Of a stretch of 64,000 nt of DNA, positions 39,101 through 48,290 are shown one piece after another. The stretch is from Paludibacteraceae bacterium (GTDB taxonomy: Bacteria; Bacteroidota; Bacteroidia; Bacteroidales; Paludibacteraceae): assembly GCA_017937025.1 (NCBI GenBank), contig JAGBEJ010000012.1, positions 132,411 through 196,410 of the forward strand. Reading direction: 5' to 3'. Both the position numbers and the translations under genes were made by a program. How positions within the stretch are numbered: the first letter of the stretch is position 1; each line of letters begins with the position of its first letter. The notes under the pieces are model-generated. The model was not told the DNA's origin. It did no database searches and was given only the letters and a program-made list of their open reading frames with translations.

Positions 39101-42100
39101 CCACAGTGAAGTCGTCGCCTACGCAGTCGCCTGACTTAGGTGTCACGGTGTAAACCACAGTCTGAGCTGTCGCTGTCGCATTTGTCAATGTCTGAGACAT
39201 TGATGCAACGCCTGCTGTCTGATCTGACTTACCAGTCACTTTGTCATTTGCTGCCACTGTCCATGTGTACTCTGTGTTAGCAGGTACTACATCACCCGCA
39301 ACATCCAATGTGAATGGCTCACCTGTGCAGATTGTGTAAGTCTTGTTGCCTATCGTTGCCTTAGGATTTACTGTCACTTCCACAGTGAAGTCGTCGCCTT
39401 GGCAAGTGCCAGACATCGGAGTTACGGTGTAAGTCAATGTCTGAGCTGTCGCTGTCGCATTTGTCAATGTCTGAGCGAATGCATCCTGAGCTGTTGTTTC
39501 GGCAGACTTGCCACCTACCTTATCATTGTCAGTTGCTATAACCCATGTATACTTAGTACCTGTAGGCACCACATCGCCAGTCTTTGTCGCGAATGGAACC
39601 GCATCGCCTGTGCAGATTGTGTAAGTCTGTGCGGCAATCGTTGCCTTAGGATTTACAGTCACTGTCACTGTGAAGTTGTCGCCTACGCAGTCGCCTGACT
39701 TAGGTGTCACGGTGTAAACCACAGTCTGAGCTGTCGCTGTCGCATTTGTCAATGTCTGAGCGAATGCATCCTGAGCTGTTCCGGTAGACTGACCGCTTAC
39801 GTTTGCATTGTCAGTTGCTATAGTCCATGAGTACTTAGTATTCGCTGGTACTATATCCGCAGCTACTGTCGCGAATGGAACTGCCTCGCCTGTGCAGATT
39901 GTGTAAGGCTTATCGGCTATCGCTGGCTTAGGATTTACAGTCACTGTCACGGTGAAGTCAGCGCCATGACATCCGTCTGCCTCTGGAGATACTGTGTAAA
40001 CCACAGTCTGAACATCCGCAGAAGTATTAGTCAATGTCTGAGACATTGTTTCTGTCGCTGTGCCCTCTGGAGACTTACCAGTTACATTATCATTTGCAGC
40101 CACAGTCCATGTGTACTTAGTATTTGCAAGTACCACATCGGTGCCGCCTGTTTCCATCGTGAATGGCTCTCCGCTGCAGATTGTGTAAGCCTTGTTGCCG
40201 ATAGTCAGCGCTGCTGGCTCGGTGACTGTCGCATTTGCTGTAGCAGTACAGTTGTTTGCATCGGTCACGGTAACGGTGTAGTCGCCTGCCGTGAGGTCAG
40301 GTGCCTGTGCAGCAACACTTGTGCTTCCTGTCCATGAATATGTGTAGTCGGTCGTTCCGCCTGTCACTGTTACTGTCAGCGAACCAGTGTTACCGCCGTG
40401 GCACTTGACATTTACTATGTCTGTTGCCTTAATCTCGGCTGAAAGCGCTGCCGTTGGCTGAGTCACTGTCATTGAACCCAATGTCGCTTCATAGTCTGAC
40501 GCATCCTTAACATTTATCTTATAAGCACCTGCCGAGAGGTTCTCGAACACATAATCCACTCCTGCCGCTATCGCTGTGCCGTAATCCTCAACAACTGTGT
40601 TGTCGGACTTCATCAGCTGCAGTCTGTAAGGAGCTGTACCGCCATTGGTTACTGATGCTGTTATCTTACCTGTGTTATCGCCGAAACACTTGACTGCTGT
40701 CTGGGCTATATTGCCTTGGATTGCAGATGGAGCGCTCAGGATAACATCTCCAAGGTTGTACTCACAATTGAATGTCATAGCATCCTTTGTGTTCTTCACC
40801 CATACCTGATATGTGCCAGCAGCAAGTCCGGTGAACTCTGTGCCGCTCTGGTATGCCGCAACTACAGTCGCACCCTGGCGAAGCTCATATACATAGCCTG
40901 CACCTGTGTAGCCGCCGGCTGTAGATGTCACGGTCACCTTGCCGTCAACACTTATTGGTGTTGTCAGATTAGTGCCTGTTGGTGTTCCGGTTATCACGCT
41001 TGCCTCTGGCACTGTCACTGCCGATGATGTCATAGGACAGTTGTTAGCGTCGGTCACAGTCAGAGTGTAGTCGCCAGCTGCCAAGCCTGACGCAACCTCT
41101 GATGTTGATACCTCTGCCGCAGACGCATCTTTCCATGAGTATGCGTATGGAGCTACACCGCCACTCACTGTAGGAGTGATTGTACCGTCGTTGCCGCCGT
41201 TACAGCTTATCTCGGTTGGAACGAGAGAACTGATTGATATTGCCTCTGGCTCGGTGACTGTCGCATTTGCTGTAGTAGAACAGTTGTTTGCATCGGTCAC
41301 GGTAACGGTGTAGTCGCCTGCCGTGAGGTCAGGTGCCTGTGCAGCAACACTTGTGCTTCCTGTCCATGAGTATGTGTAGTCGGTCGTTCCGCCTTTCGCT
41401 GTTACTGTCAGCGAACCAGTGTTACCGCCGTGGCACTTGACATTCACTATGTCTGTTGCCTTAATCTCGGCTGAAAGTGCTTCCGTTGGCTGAGCTACTG
41501 TTATTGAACCCAATGTCGCTTCATAGTCTGAAGCATCCATAACCTTAACTACATAAGGTCCCGCAGGAAGATTCGCAAATGTCTTAGCCACATTCTTAGC
41601 AACTGCTGTTGCTACATCATAAGCGACTACTACAGTTCCGTCTGTCTTCTCCAATTGCAGTCTGTATGGTGCTGTTCCGCCATCTGTCACTGTCACCACT
41701 ACAGAACCTGTTCCCTCGCCATAACACTTGACTGGAACCTGTGTAATAGTTGACTCTATGTTAGATGGAGCTATTATAGTCACCTCATCTATCTTGTACT
41801 CGCAATCGAATGTTGTTAAAGCATCCTTATAGTTCTTAGCCCATACCTCGTATGTGCCTGCTGCAAGACCGGTGAACTCTGTGCCGCTCTGGTATGCTGC
41901 CACTATAGCACCACCTTGCTTGAGTGCGAACTGATAAGTCACACCTGCGCCGGTATAGCCGCCTGCTGTCGATGTCACAGTTACCTTACCGTCGGTTGCG
42001 ATTGGGCTTGACGTCTCTGTTGGTGTCGCACTACCAGTTATCTGAGTTGCCTGATCTACAGTAGCCGGAGCTGTTGTTGTACATCCATCTGCATCTGTCA

Positions 42101-45100
42101 CTGTGAGAACATAGTCTCCAGCACCTACGCCTGTCAAGTCCTCAGTAGCGGCTGCGATGCCAGCTCCGTCCTTAGTCCATGCGTATGTGTAAGGGCTTGT
42201 GCCACCGCTTACATCAACGCTTATACTTCCTGTCTCACTGCCGTAGCAGAGCGCTGTCTCAGTTCCTGTCACTGTCGCAACCACTGCTGCAGGCACGTTC
42301 ACAGTCACTGTCTGAGCGTCTGAAACGTTGCCGCACTTGTCGGTAACAGTAATCTCGACTGTTGTAGCCGCAGTTATTGTAGTTCCTGCCACTTGGTTCT
42401 GAGATATTGTTATATCAGCAGCCGCACTGTAGTTGTCTGACTTATTAGAAACGAGTCCTGACAAGTCTGGAACCTTGAACACGCAGTTTCCTGCTGCGGT
42501 TGCTGCCGCTGTTGTCGCAGAAAGCGCGAATGTTGGCTTTTCTGTATCTTCTGTTATAGTAACTACAACATCGTCGTATGCCTCACAGCCTTCGCCGCCT
42601 GGAGCACGTGTCACTGTCCATCTGAGTGTGTACTCACCTGGCTTGAGACCGCTCACTGACGATGTTGCGCTTGCTGCGTCTGCAAATACTGGTGTCACGC
42701 CTGCAGGAGCCGAAACTGTTGTCCATGCTCCGGTGAGTCCAGCTGCTGGAGCTGTAGCACCGAGAGTTACTGTTGTCGTCTCGTCTGAGCAGATTGGACC
42801 TGCAGAGATTGCATCGCCTGCCTCTGCTGTAACCTGGTCTGGCTGAGTCATTGACACATCAAGTGTCTTGGTACAACCCTTCGCATCCTCAACTGTCACG
42901 ATGTAGTCGCCTTTCTTGAGACTCACTGTCGCACCAGTCTTAGACTCTGGGTCGTTCCATGTGTACTGGTAAGTGCCATTACCGCCCTGAGCCTCGACAG
43001 TCACTGAACCTTCGCCGCCGTAGCATGCTGCTGGTGTCAGACTTGTCTGAGTCAAAGTGAGGGCGTCTGGCTCTGTTACTACAATGTTATTTGATGTTGT
43101 TGTACATCCATCGAGAGTTGCAGTCACTGTATAAGTTGCAGGCTCAAGACCAGAGATGCTTGCTCCTGTAAGTGATGCATCTGCCGCACCGCCCTTAGTC
43201 CAAGCGAACGATGTTCCGTTAGATGTCACGCTTATCGCTCCATTGTTGTTGCCCTTACACTTAACTGGAGTAGCGACGATGTTTGTCAATGTAGGATTAG
43301 CCTTTATTGTCGCTGTCACAGGAACCTTGTTGCTGATACATCCGCTGCCGTCGGTCACAGTCACATAATATGTCACTGTGCTGGCTGCTGTCACATCTAT
43401 ATCTGATGGTGTGAATGGAGTAGCCGAAGCCGAAGTCTCATACCATGTCTGAGTTCCTGCTGTATTCACGAGAGTTGACCATGCTACTGGTGTTCCGCTC
43501 GCCTGAACGCACTGTACAAGGTCAGCTACATCTGGGTCGGTTGGAGTGTTGCTTATCACAACGCTCACAGTCGCCTTCTCACTCTCGCAGCCGTTGACTG
43601 TCTGAGTTACGCTGTATGTCTTGCTCTGTGCCACGCTCAAGTCGAAGTCGGCTGGAGTCACAACTGTTGCTCCATCGTACCATGTCAATGTAGCGCCACC
43701 TTCTGTGGTAGTCACGAGGCTCGCCCATGTTCTGACAGTAGAAGTCGTAGCAGGACATGCGTTGATGCCTTCTACTCCTGGAGCCGCTGGCTTATGCTTG
43801 AGTGTCGCAGTTGTCGCTGTTGGGTCGCTCACGCAACCATTTGAAGTAGCGACAGCGTAGATTGTTGTTGTCTGGTCTGCGGTCTGGTTTGGAGCCGTAG
43901 CATCCCAAGTAATTGTTGTCACTGATGCTGGAGTTGTTCCTGCTGCGTCAGTGAAGTATGTCCATGATGGATTAGCAGCCGTAGTACTTACTGTCGCGGT
44001 CAAGTCAACAGGCTCTGTCGCGCAGACTGCAGCCGCTGGAGTAACCGTAACTGTTGGCTTCTCCTTGATTGTCACAGTCACTGGCTTTACTATGAAGCAG
44101 CCTGTCGCTGTTTGTGTCTTCTTTATATAATATGTATTTGAAGCACTGACAACCGGACTTGCTATTGCTACTGTTCCAGCTGCGTCGCTGTGATATGTGT
44201 ATGTGAATCCTGTCTCAGCTGTGTATGCTGTTGCCAAATCAACTGTGTTTGGTGCACAAACGGCAGCTGGATCTGTAGGACTGAATGTCAAAGGCGCTAT
44301 GCTTGACACAGTCACGTCGTATGTCTCGCTTTTGTTGCATGCATCCTTCACTGTCACAGTTATTGTATTCTCTACTGTAACGTCTGCTATCGGAGTTCCC
44401 TGCTCAGGAGACTGAGTCACTGTCAGATCTGCGTTTGCTGTACAAGCGTCAGTTGAGATTGCTCTCACAAGCTCTCTCACGTCAGGATAGTTGAATACGC
44501 AAGCCGTTCCTGTCGCTACAGGTGCCTGAGCCGCTATCGTTCCGCTTATCACTGGCGCTGTCTCATCCTTAGTTGTTACAACTTTAGCCACTGGGAGTGA
44601 TTCACATCCGGCAGCATCGGTCACTTTCAGACTTACGTTCACTGTTCCAGTGCAGTTTGTGCTTGCTGTAACATCTGCCTGGCTGCGGTCGCCAGTGTGA
44701 GCTGTAGCACCGGTCCAAGTGTATGTGTATGGTTCTACGCCGTGGGCAGCAGTTGCTATCAGAGTTACAGTCGAACCTGGACATACATCGCCTGTAGGCA
44801 CTGCGTAATCCACTGTTGGCACTGCATTCACAGTCACGGCAACAGCAAATGGGTCGCCTGTACATGTCAGTGCTGGAGTTGTTATGCTGTATGTTGGTGT
44901 TACGGTATAGTTAACTACCTGCTGAACCTCCGATGCGTTGGTCAATATCTGAGACATTGTCGCCATTGGAGTACCATGAGCAGACCAGCCTGTCACATTA
45001 GCGTTGTTTTCCACTGTCCAAGAGTACTTCGTTCCGGTAGGCACGATGTCGCCTGTCTTAGGCTCTAATGTGAATGCCGTTCCGCTACATATAGTATATG

Positions 45101-48100
45101 TCTTGTCGGTGAGATAAGGTATTGGCTTGACGGTCACGGTCACAGTGAATGGGTCGCCGTCGCAACCACCTGGGAGCGATGGTGTTACGGTGTATGTCGC
45201 TGTTCCGTCAGCTGCTGTCGAGTTAGACAGTGTCTGACTCAACGCGTCAACATTAGTGCAAGCGCTCGCGCCTGTCACACCCGTAGTCTGAGTTACCGAC
45301 CATGTGTAAACTGTTCCGTCTGGCACATTGTCGCCTGCTTCTGGAGCGAATGTGAATGGAGTTCCGCTACATATAGTATATGTCTTGTCGGCAACAGAAG
45401 GCTTAGGAGATACAGTCACTGTCGCTGTAGCAACATCGAAGCAGCCGCCGGCTGTCGTCCATGTTGTACGATACATAGTTGTGACTGAAGGAGAAACTGA
45501 AATGCTCTTTGTTGTCTCAGACATTGCAGTCCAAGTCGCGCCGTCGTCGGTCGATTTCTCCCATGAATATGAAGCGATTGTTGCTGACTCTGAATCTGTA
45601 GCCTCCAGTGTTACGCTTGAGCCCTCACATGTAGGCTTGTCATCCATTGTCAGTTTTGGAGCCTTAGAGAGAGTGACCATCTTTGTGCCTTCGCCCTTAC
45701 AAACTGAGAACGAACATTCTGCCAAAGTCGAGTATGCCTCTGCCTTTACATAAACTCGTGTTCCTGTTGAGTTCACGCTATAGGTATTGTCGTCACCCTG
45801 GGTTGTGTCCTCGGTGTAGTTTGTTCCGTCGGCAGAACGATACCACTTATAATAGTAGTCGGTACCGGTCATACCGCCGGTTGTTGTAGCCACGAACTCA
45901 AGACGGTTACCTACGCAAGCGGCTGGGTCGTTGAGTGTCACCTCGATTGGGTCTGGCTCTTTGACGGTTCCGTTTCTGATTATCTTACAGCCGAGTCCGT
46001 CGGTGAACATGATTGAGTAGTCGCCTGCAGCCAAGTCACCGAATGTGTATCCGGTCTCGGTTGTTGTCTTGTGGGTTGAGATGATGTCAGCTGCTGTCAC
46101 TGCCAGAGGGTCATTCTTGAGTCCGCTTATGAGGTCGAACTTAGCTCCCTCTGCCATGTCCTGTGCAGTAGCTATCTCTGTGAGAGCTATCTGGCCATTG
46201 GTAAGACCTGGGCAGGTAACATCTGTTGCTGTGAATGTAGCAGCAGTGAGCTTACACTCCTTGCGCACAAGATTGATTTCAATAACATCTTCTGTACAAG
46301 CTGGCTTGTAAGGATGTGTAGTGAGTGTACGCTTTGCGTAGTAGGTCTTAGTCTGACCTGTAGCTATGTTAAGGTTGCCGCTTACTGGAGTTGTTCCATT
46401 GCTTTCATAGTAGCTGAATACTGGAAGTCCCTCTGAGTTTGCGACGCTTCGCGTGTCGTTCTTGATTTCGGCACTGAGCACACTCTTAAGATATGCAACC
46501 AAACCTACAGAATTATTAGCCTCTGTCACATTGTGAGTGATGGCAGACATGTCATAATCTGTCTCGAAGTCTGCCTGAACTGGGATTATATTGTAAGATG
46601 TTTCGTTAGAACAGAGGGTGACAGTTCCTGACTTCGCCTTCTTCGCTATACCTGGCTTGTCTTGGTCAAAGTATGTAGCCTCTGCCATATTCCAGATTTC
46701 ACGCATACAAGAGCTACGCCAAATGTCGCCTCGGTCTGCGCCAGCCACTTGTACCTGATAAGTAATAGTAAGAGTCGCATCTGAAGGTATAGAAGGCAGA
46801 TTGCTTACTCTCAGTGTGCGTGTTCCTGCATTATATGTTGCATTAGCCCATGCCTGGTCTGTGATAGCGGCATTAGAGCTAAGAGTGATTCTCACTGAGT
46901 TTGGCACGTAGGTCACGTTATAGTCAAGCACGTCCTCTACGTATGCTGTGTTGTTCTGAGTCTGCTTACCTCCTTCGTTCTTCAGGGCTATGAAGTATTT
47001 AAGATTCTGACCTGGAGCAACTGATGAAGAAGAAGGAACCTTGCTGACAACAAGGCTTGGCACATCGCTGCTTATAGCTACATACGCCATGAAAGGCATC
47101 ATGTATGTATCATTTGTAGAAACTTTTAACGTTGCAGAATTTGAACTGTTAGTTACAGAGTTCTTAGGCAAATCAATATGGTGAGCATCAAAACCGAGTG
47201 TGTTACCACAGCCGAATGCCGCATTCTCGCTATGCAACATGCTCTCTCCGTTGTAACTCATGGAAGATGAGAAGAAGTCTGTAGTTCCACGCAAATCGTT
47301 AAGATTTTGAGCTGTCGCACCGCCATTTGCAGTGAATGTCACTTGGTCTGTCTTTGAGCCGACATCACCATCCATTGCAGCCATACCTACACTACCAGAT
47401 ATAATACCGCTTGTGACTGCATTGAATGTCAAAGTTTTGTTTACTGAGCTACCTTCCTTGAAGAACGCAGCACCATCGAAAAGTGTGAACTGAGTCTCTG
47501 GATAAGAGTCGCTTGTGCCATCCTCATAAAGCAGTACAAGACACCATCCTGCTATAGCTCCACCTTTTGAGTCATTGATATCTGCCTTGACACCTCTTAC
47601 ACCTATTGTTCCTATGCCTTGACCAGCCAAGACAGAAGTAACGTCTGCCATTGCCCAGTATGACATACAGTCATCACTAGCAGCAGAGCCACCAGTACGT
47701 TCAGACTCAAAACCTTCAGTACTACCATAATACTGAGCTGAGATTGCTCCAGACTCCGTCCCATTAGGGCGAGTGATGTAAACTCTCTCGTTCCAGTAAT
47801 TAGCATCGACGTTATCTGCATAAGCAGAACCACCCCAATAAAGGTATGCGTGCTTGATTCTTGGACAGCTACCTGGATAATCTGCAAAATAACTTTGAGT
47901 CACGTCTGCAGAAGAATAGCTCTGAGCTGAATTTGTTGTAAATCCGCCAGTCTTAGTGGTATAGCTAACCTTGTTCTTGTAATCGTTATTTGGCTCATCC
48001 GCTCCAGCACAACCAACACCTGTGTTTGGCTGTATCGAAGACGCACCAATCATGACCACCTTAACTCTTTCAGTAAGACTCGCACGTGTGTAATGGAACG

Positions 48101-48236
48101 GGTCGCCCGCATAACCTTTCTGATAGGTCTGTGCGACGGAATTACCTACTGATACTGCTGTGCAGAATAGCAACATCATCAAGCGCGATAACCAGCGCTT
48201 GATTGTGCATCTATTTTTAACTGAAGTATCTTTCAT
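36156..48236 (-). CDS. Giant (4026 aa) SprB-like cell-surface adhesin with a T9SS type-B C-terminal sorting domain
   Basis: Signal peptide. C-terminus FFTPNGDGVNDKWTIKGLERYPETKIFLHDRYGKELAEF...WDGKYNGEDMPSTDYWYIIEL, which is the gliding-motility-associated C-terminal domain pattern. Many SprB-type repeats (e.g. CYGGEGSVTVEAQGGNGTYQYTWND, CHGGNTGSLTVTAKGGTTDYTYSWTG). 12 PKD-like units (K.YTICSG..FT...). DUF11-like segment (APGQNLKYFIALKNEGG). Confidence 0.85.
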   Translation of the reverse strand: MKDTSVKNRCTIKRWLSRLMMLLFCTAVSVGNSVAQTYQKGYAGDPFHYTRASLTERVKVVMIGASSIQPNTGVGCAGADEPNNDYKNKVSYTTKTGGFTTNSAQSYSSADVTQSYFADYPGSCPRIKHAYLYWGGSAYADNVDANYWNERVYITRPNGTESGAISAQYYGSTEGFESERTGGSAASDDCMSYWAMADVTSVLAGQGIGTIGVRGVKADINDSKGGAIAGWCLVLLYEDGTSDSYPETQFTLFDGAAFFKEGSSVNKTLTFNAVTSGIISGSVGMAAMDGDVGSKTDQVTFTANGGATAQNLNDLRGTTDFFSSSMSYNGESMLHSENAAFGCGNTLGFDAHHIDLPKNSVTNSSNSATLKVSTNDTYMMPFMAYVAISSDVPSLVVSKVPSSSSVAPGQNLKYFIALKNEGGKQTQNNTAYVEDVLDYNVTYVPNSVRITLSSNAAITDQAWANATYNAGTRTLRVSNLPSIPSDATLTITYQVQVAGADRGDIWRSSCMREIWNMAEATYFDQDKPGIAKKAKSGTVTLCSNETSYNIIPVQADFETDYDMSAITHNVTEANNSVGLVAYLKSVLSAEIKNDTRSVANSEGLPVFSYYESNGTTPVSGNLNIATGQTKTYYAKRTLTTHPYKPACTEDVIEINLVRKECKLTAATFTATDVTCPGLTNGQIALTEIATAQDMAEGAKFDLISGLKNDPLAVTAADIISTHKTTTETGYTFGDLAAGDYSIMFTDGLGCKIIRNGTVKEPDPIEVTLNDPAACVGNRLEFVATTTGGMTGTDYYYKWYRSADGTNYTEDTTQGDDNTYSVNSTGTRVYVKAEAYSTLAECSFSVCKGEGTKMVTLSKAPKLTMDDKPTCEGSSVTLEATDSESATIASYSWEKSTDDGATWTAMSETTKSISVSPSVTTMYRTTWTTAGGCFDVATATVTVSPKPSVADKTYTICSGTPFTFAPEAGDNVPDGTVYTWSVTQTTGVTGASACTNVDALSQTLSNSTAADGTATYTVTPSLPGGCDGDPFTVTVTVKPIPYLTDKTYTICSGTAFTLEPKTGDIVPTGTKYSWTVENNANVTGWSAHGTPMATMSQILTNASEVQQVVNYTVTPTYSITTPALTCTGDPFAVAVTVNAVPTVDYAVPTGDVCPGSTVTLIATAAHGVEPYTYTWTGATAHTGDRSQADVTASTNCTGTVNVSLKVTDAAGCESLPVAKVVTTKDETAPVISGTIAAQAPVATGTACVFNYPDVRELVRAISTDACTANADLTVTQSPEQGTPIADVTVENTITVTVKDACNKSETYDVTVSSIAPLTFSPTDPAAVCAPNTVDLATAYTAETGFTYTYHSDAAGTVAIASPVVSASNTYYIKKTQTATGCFIVKPVTVTIKEKPTVTVTPAAAVCATEPVDLTATVSTTAANPSWTYFTDAAGTTPASVTTITWDATAPNQTADQTTTIYAVATSNGCVSDPTATTATLKHKPAAPGVEGINACPATTSTVRTWASLVTTTEGGATLTWYDGATVVTPADFDLSVAQSKTYSVTQTVNGCESEKATVSVVISNTPTDPDVADLVQCVQASGTPVAWSTLVNTAGTQTWYETSASATPFTPSDIDVTAASTVTYYVTVTDGSGCISNKVPVTATIKANPTLTNIVATPVKCKGNNNGAISVTSNGTSFAWTKGGAADASLTGASISGLEPATYTVTATLDGCTTTSNNIVVTEPDALTLTQTSLTPAACYGGEGSVTVEAQGGNGTYQYTWNDPESKTGATVSLKKGDYIVTVEDAKGCTKTLDVSMTQPDQVTAEAGDAISAGPICSDETTTVTLGATAPAAGLTGAWTTVSAPAGVTPVFADAASATSSVSGLKPGEYTLRWTVTRAPGGEGCEAYDDVVVTITEDTEKPTFALSATTAAATAAGNCVFKVPDLSGLVSNKSDNYSAAADITISQNQVAGTTITAATTVEITVTDKCGNVSDAQTVTVNVPAAVVATVTGTETALCYGSETGSISVDVSGGTSPYTYAWTKDGAGIAAATEDLTGVGAGDYVLTVTDADGCTTTAPATVDQATQITGSATPTETSSPIATDGKVTVTSTAGGYTGAGVTYQFALKQGGAIVAAYQSGTEFTGLAAGTYEVWAKNYKDALTTFDCEYKIDEVTIIAPSNIESTITQVPVKCYGEGTGSVVVTVTDGGTAPYRLQLEKTDGTVVVAYDVATAVAKNVAKTFANLPAGPYVVKVMDASDYEATLGSITVAQPTEALSAEIKATDIVNVKCHGGNTGSLTVTAKGGTTDYTYSWTGSTSVAAQAPDLTAGDYTVTVTDANNCSTTANATVTEPEAISISSLVPTEISCNGGNDGTITPTVSGGVAPYAYSWKDASAAEVSTSEVASGLAAGDYTLTVTDANNCPMTSSAVTVPEASVITGTPTGTNLTTPISVDGKVTVTSTAGGYTGAGYVYELRQGATVVAAYQSGTEFTGLAAGTYQVWVKNTKDAMTFNCEYNLGDVILSAPSAIQGNIAQTAVKCFGDNTGKITASVTNGGTAPYRLQLMKSDNTVVEDYGTAIAAGVDYVFENLSAGAYKINVKDASDYEATLGSMTVTQPTAALSAEIKATDIVNVKCHGGNTGSLTVTVTGGTTDYTYSWTGSTSVAAQAPDLTAGDYTVTVTDANNCTATANATVTEPAALTIGNKAYTICSGEPFTMETGGTDVVLANTKYTWTVAANDNVTGKSPEGTATETMSQTLTNTSADVQTVVYTVSPEADGCHGADFTVTVTVNPKPAIADKPYTICTGEAVPFATVAADIVPANTKYSWTIATDNANVSGQSTGTAQDAFAQTLTNATATAQTVVYTVTPKSGDCVGDNFTVTVTVNPKATIAAQTYTICTGDAVPFATKTGDVVPTGTKYTWVIATDNDKVGGKSAETTAQDAFAQTLTNATATAQTLTYTVTPMSGTCQGDDFTVEVTVNPKATIGNKTYTICTGEPFTLDVAGDVVPANTEYTWTVAANDKVTGKSDQTAGVASMSQTLTNATATAQTVVYTVTPKSGDCVGDDFTVEVTVNPKPAIANKDYTICTGNPFTLATVAADVVPTNTKYTWTVAANANVTGWSEQTTAADAMSQTLVNGTDVPQEVVYTVTPAGDCTGAPFTVTVTVNPMPAIGNKTYTICSGDQFTYATEAGDVVPTGIKYTWTVVDDANIEGESAQNTATETMSQTLTNKTNAPIDVVYTVTPAGTCPGAAFTVTVTVNPKAKINNKSYTIRTGEAFTLVTENPDVVPANTEYTWTVAPNANVSGQSAQGTGVASMSQTLTNATATAQTVVYTVTPKSGDCVGDNFTVTVTVKPKPAIANKTYTICSDDKFTYAPVASDVVPAGTTYTWTVGDNTDVDGDLPQTSASTTMSQTLINNSATAQTVTYTVTPVADGSVGDNFTVTVTVNPKAKIANKAYTRCTGESFTLDVTGDRVPTGTTYIWTVAANANVSGQSAQATGVASMTQTLTNATATAQNVVYTVTPKSGDCVGDDFTVTVTVNPKAKIANKTYTICSETAFTYAPVASDVVPAGTTYSWTKPVNANVEGQTEVIDATSMSQTLTNSTNTAQKVVYTVTPKSGSCEGDNFTVTVTVNPKPVITVNPAADVCNNLTVDLAATFSSNVSGSTFAYYTDAAGTSPASVTTAKWNASAPNQAVDQTTTLYAIATANGCPSEIASSSVTIKHKPVAPTVENIRECAAVTPEAREWASLVSNVEANAELKWYNGSAVVTPADFDMSVAMNKAYSVTQTVNGCESDKSMVEVHIKPLPEAPMVTNNVVCEGVGSKAWRDLVTSRVDGGVKTWFSDINGTAQIAEPITISFSKPGERTAYVAIEKDGCLSEIVEVSSSVHETPSFAEVIDESDESTTLRVNGVAPFTYLLDKNIREQFDGEVNLGILSIGNHPLTVSDEIGCKRDTVLRIEPIPLVPDKFFTPNGDGVNDKWTIKGLERYPETKIFLHDRYGKELAEFKAKDFDGWDGKYNGEDMPSTDYWYIIELRETGKRMVGHFLLRR
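37400..40210 (-). repeat. Ten tandem coding repeats of ~279-285 bp (93-95 aa PKD-like units) inside the 4026-aa gene
   Basis: The recurring boundary CTTAGG(A/G)TT(T/A)AC(A/T)GTCAC is seen at 37401, 37681, 37959, 38241, 38523, ~38812, 39081, 39360, 39645 and 39929. Blocks >80 nt are near-identical between units, e.g. GTCGCCTACGCAGTCGCCTGACTTAGGTGTCACGGTGTAAACCACAGTCTGAGCTGTCGCTGTCGCATTTGTCAATGTCTGAG. Confidence 0.9.
40216..40499 (-). repeat. Near-identical ~284-bp coding duplicate, copy B, of a ~1-kb super-repeat
   Basis: It aligns almost base-for-base with 41248-41531, at an offset of 1032 bp. It encodes ATLGS.TV.QPT.ALSAEIKATDIVNVKCHGGNTGSLTVT..GGTTDYTYSWTGSTSVAAQAPDLTAGDYTVTVTDANNC. Confidence 0.85.
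41248..41531 (-). repeat. Near-identical ~284-bp coding duplicate, copy A
   Basis: See 40216-40499. The surrounding ~330-aa segments (GYTGAG...VAAYQSGTEFTGLAAGTY.VW.KN..., GGTAPYRLQL) are also paralogous but more diverged. Confidence 0.85.
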
Positions 48237-48290
48237 AGTATATCGTGTTTTTTGTTATCTAAGTTTATATGGCAATTCTCTGTGTTTCCA

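Noticed and set aside
36156-48236. The highly repetitive 12 kb considered as a possible mobile element, satellite or misassembled non-coding repeat
   Set aside because: It is a single uninterrupted 4026-codon frame with a signal peptide, recognisable SprB and PKD-like units and a type-B CTD. The repeats are coding domain repeats.
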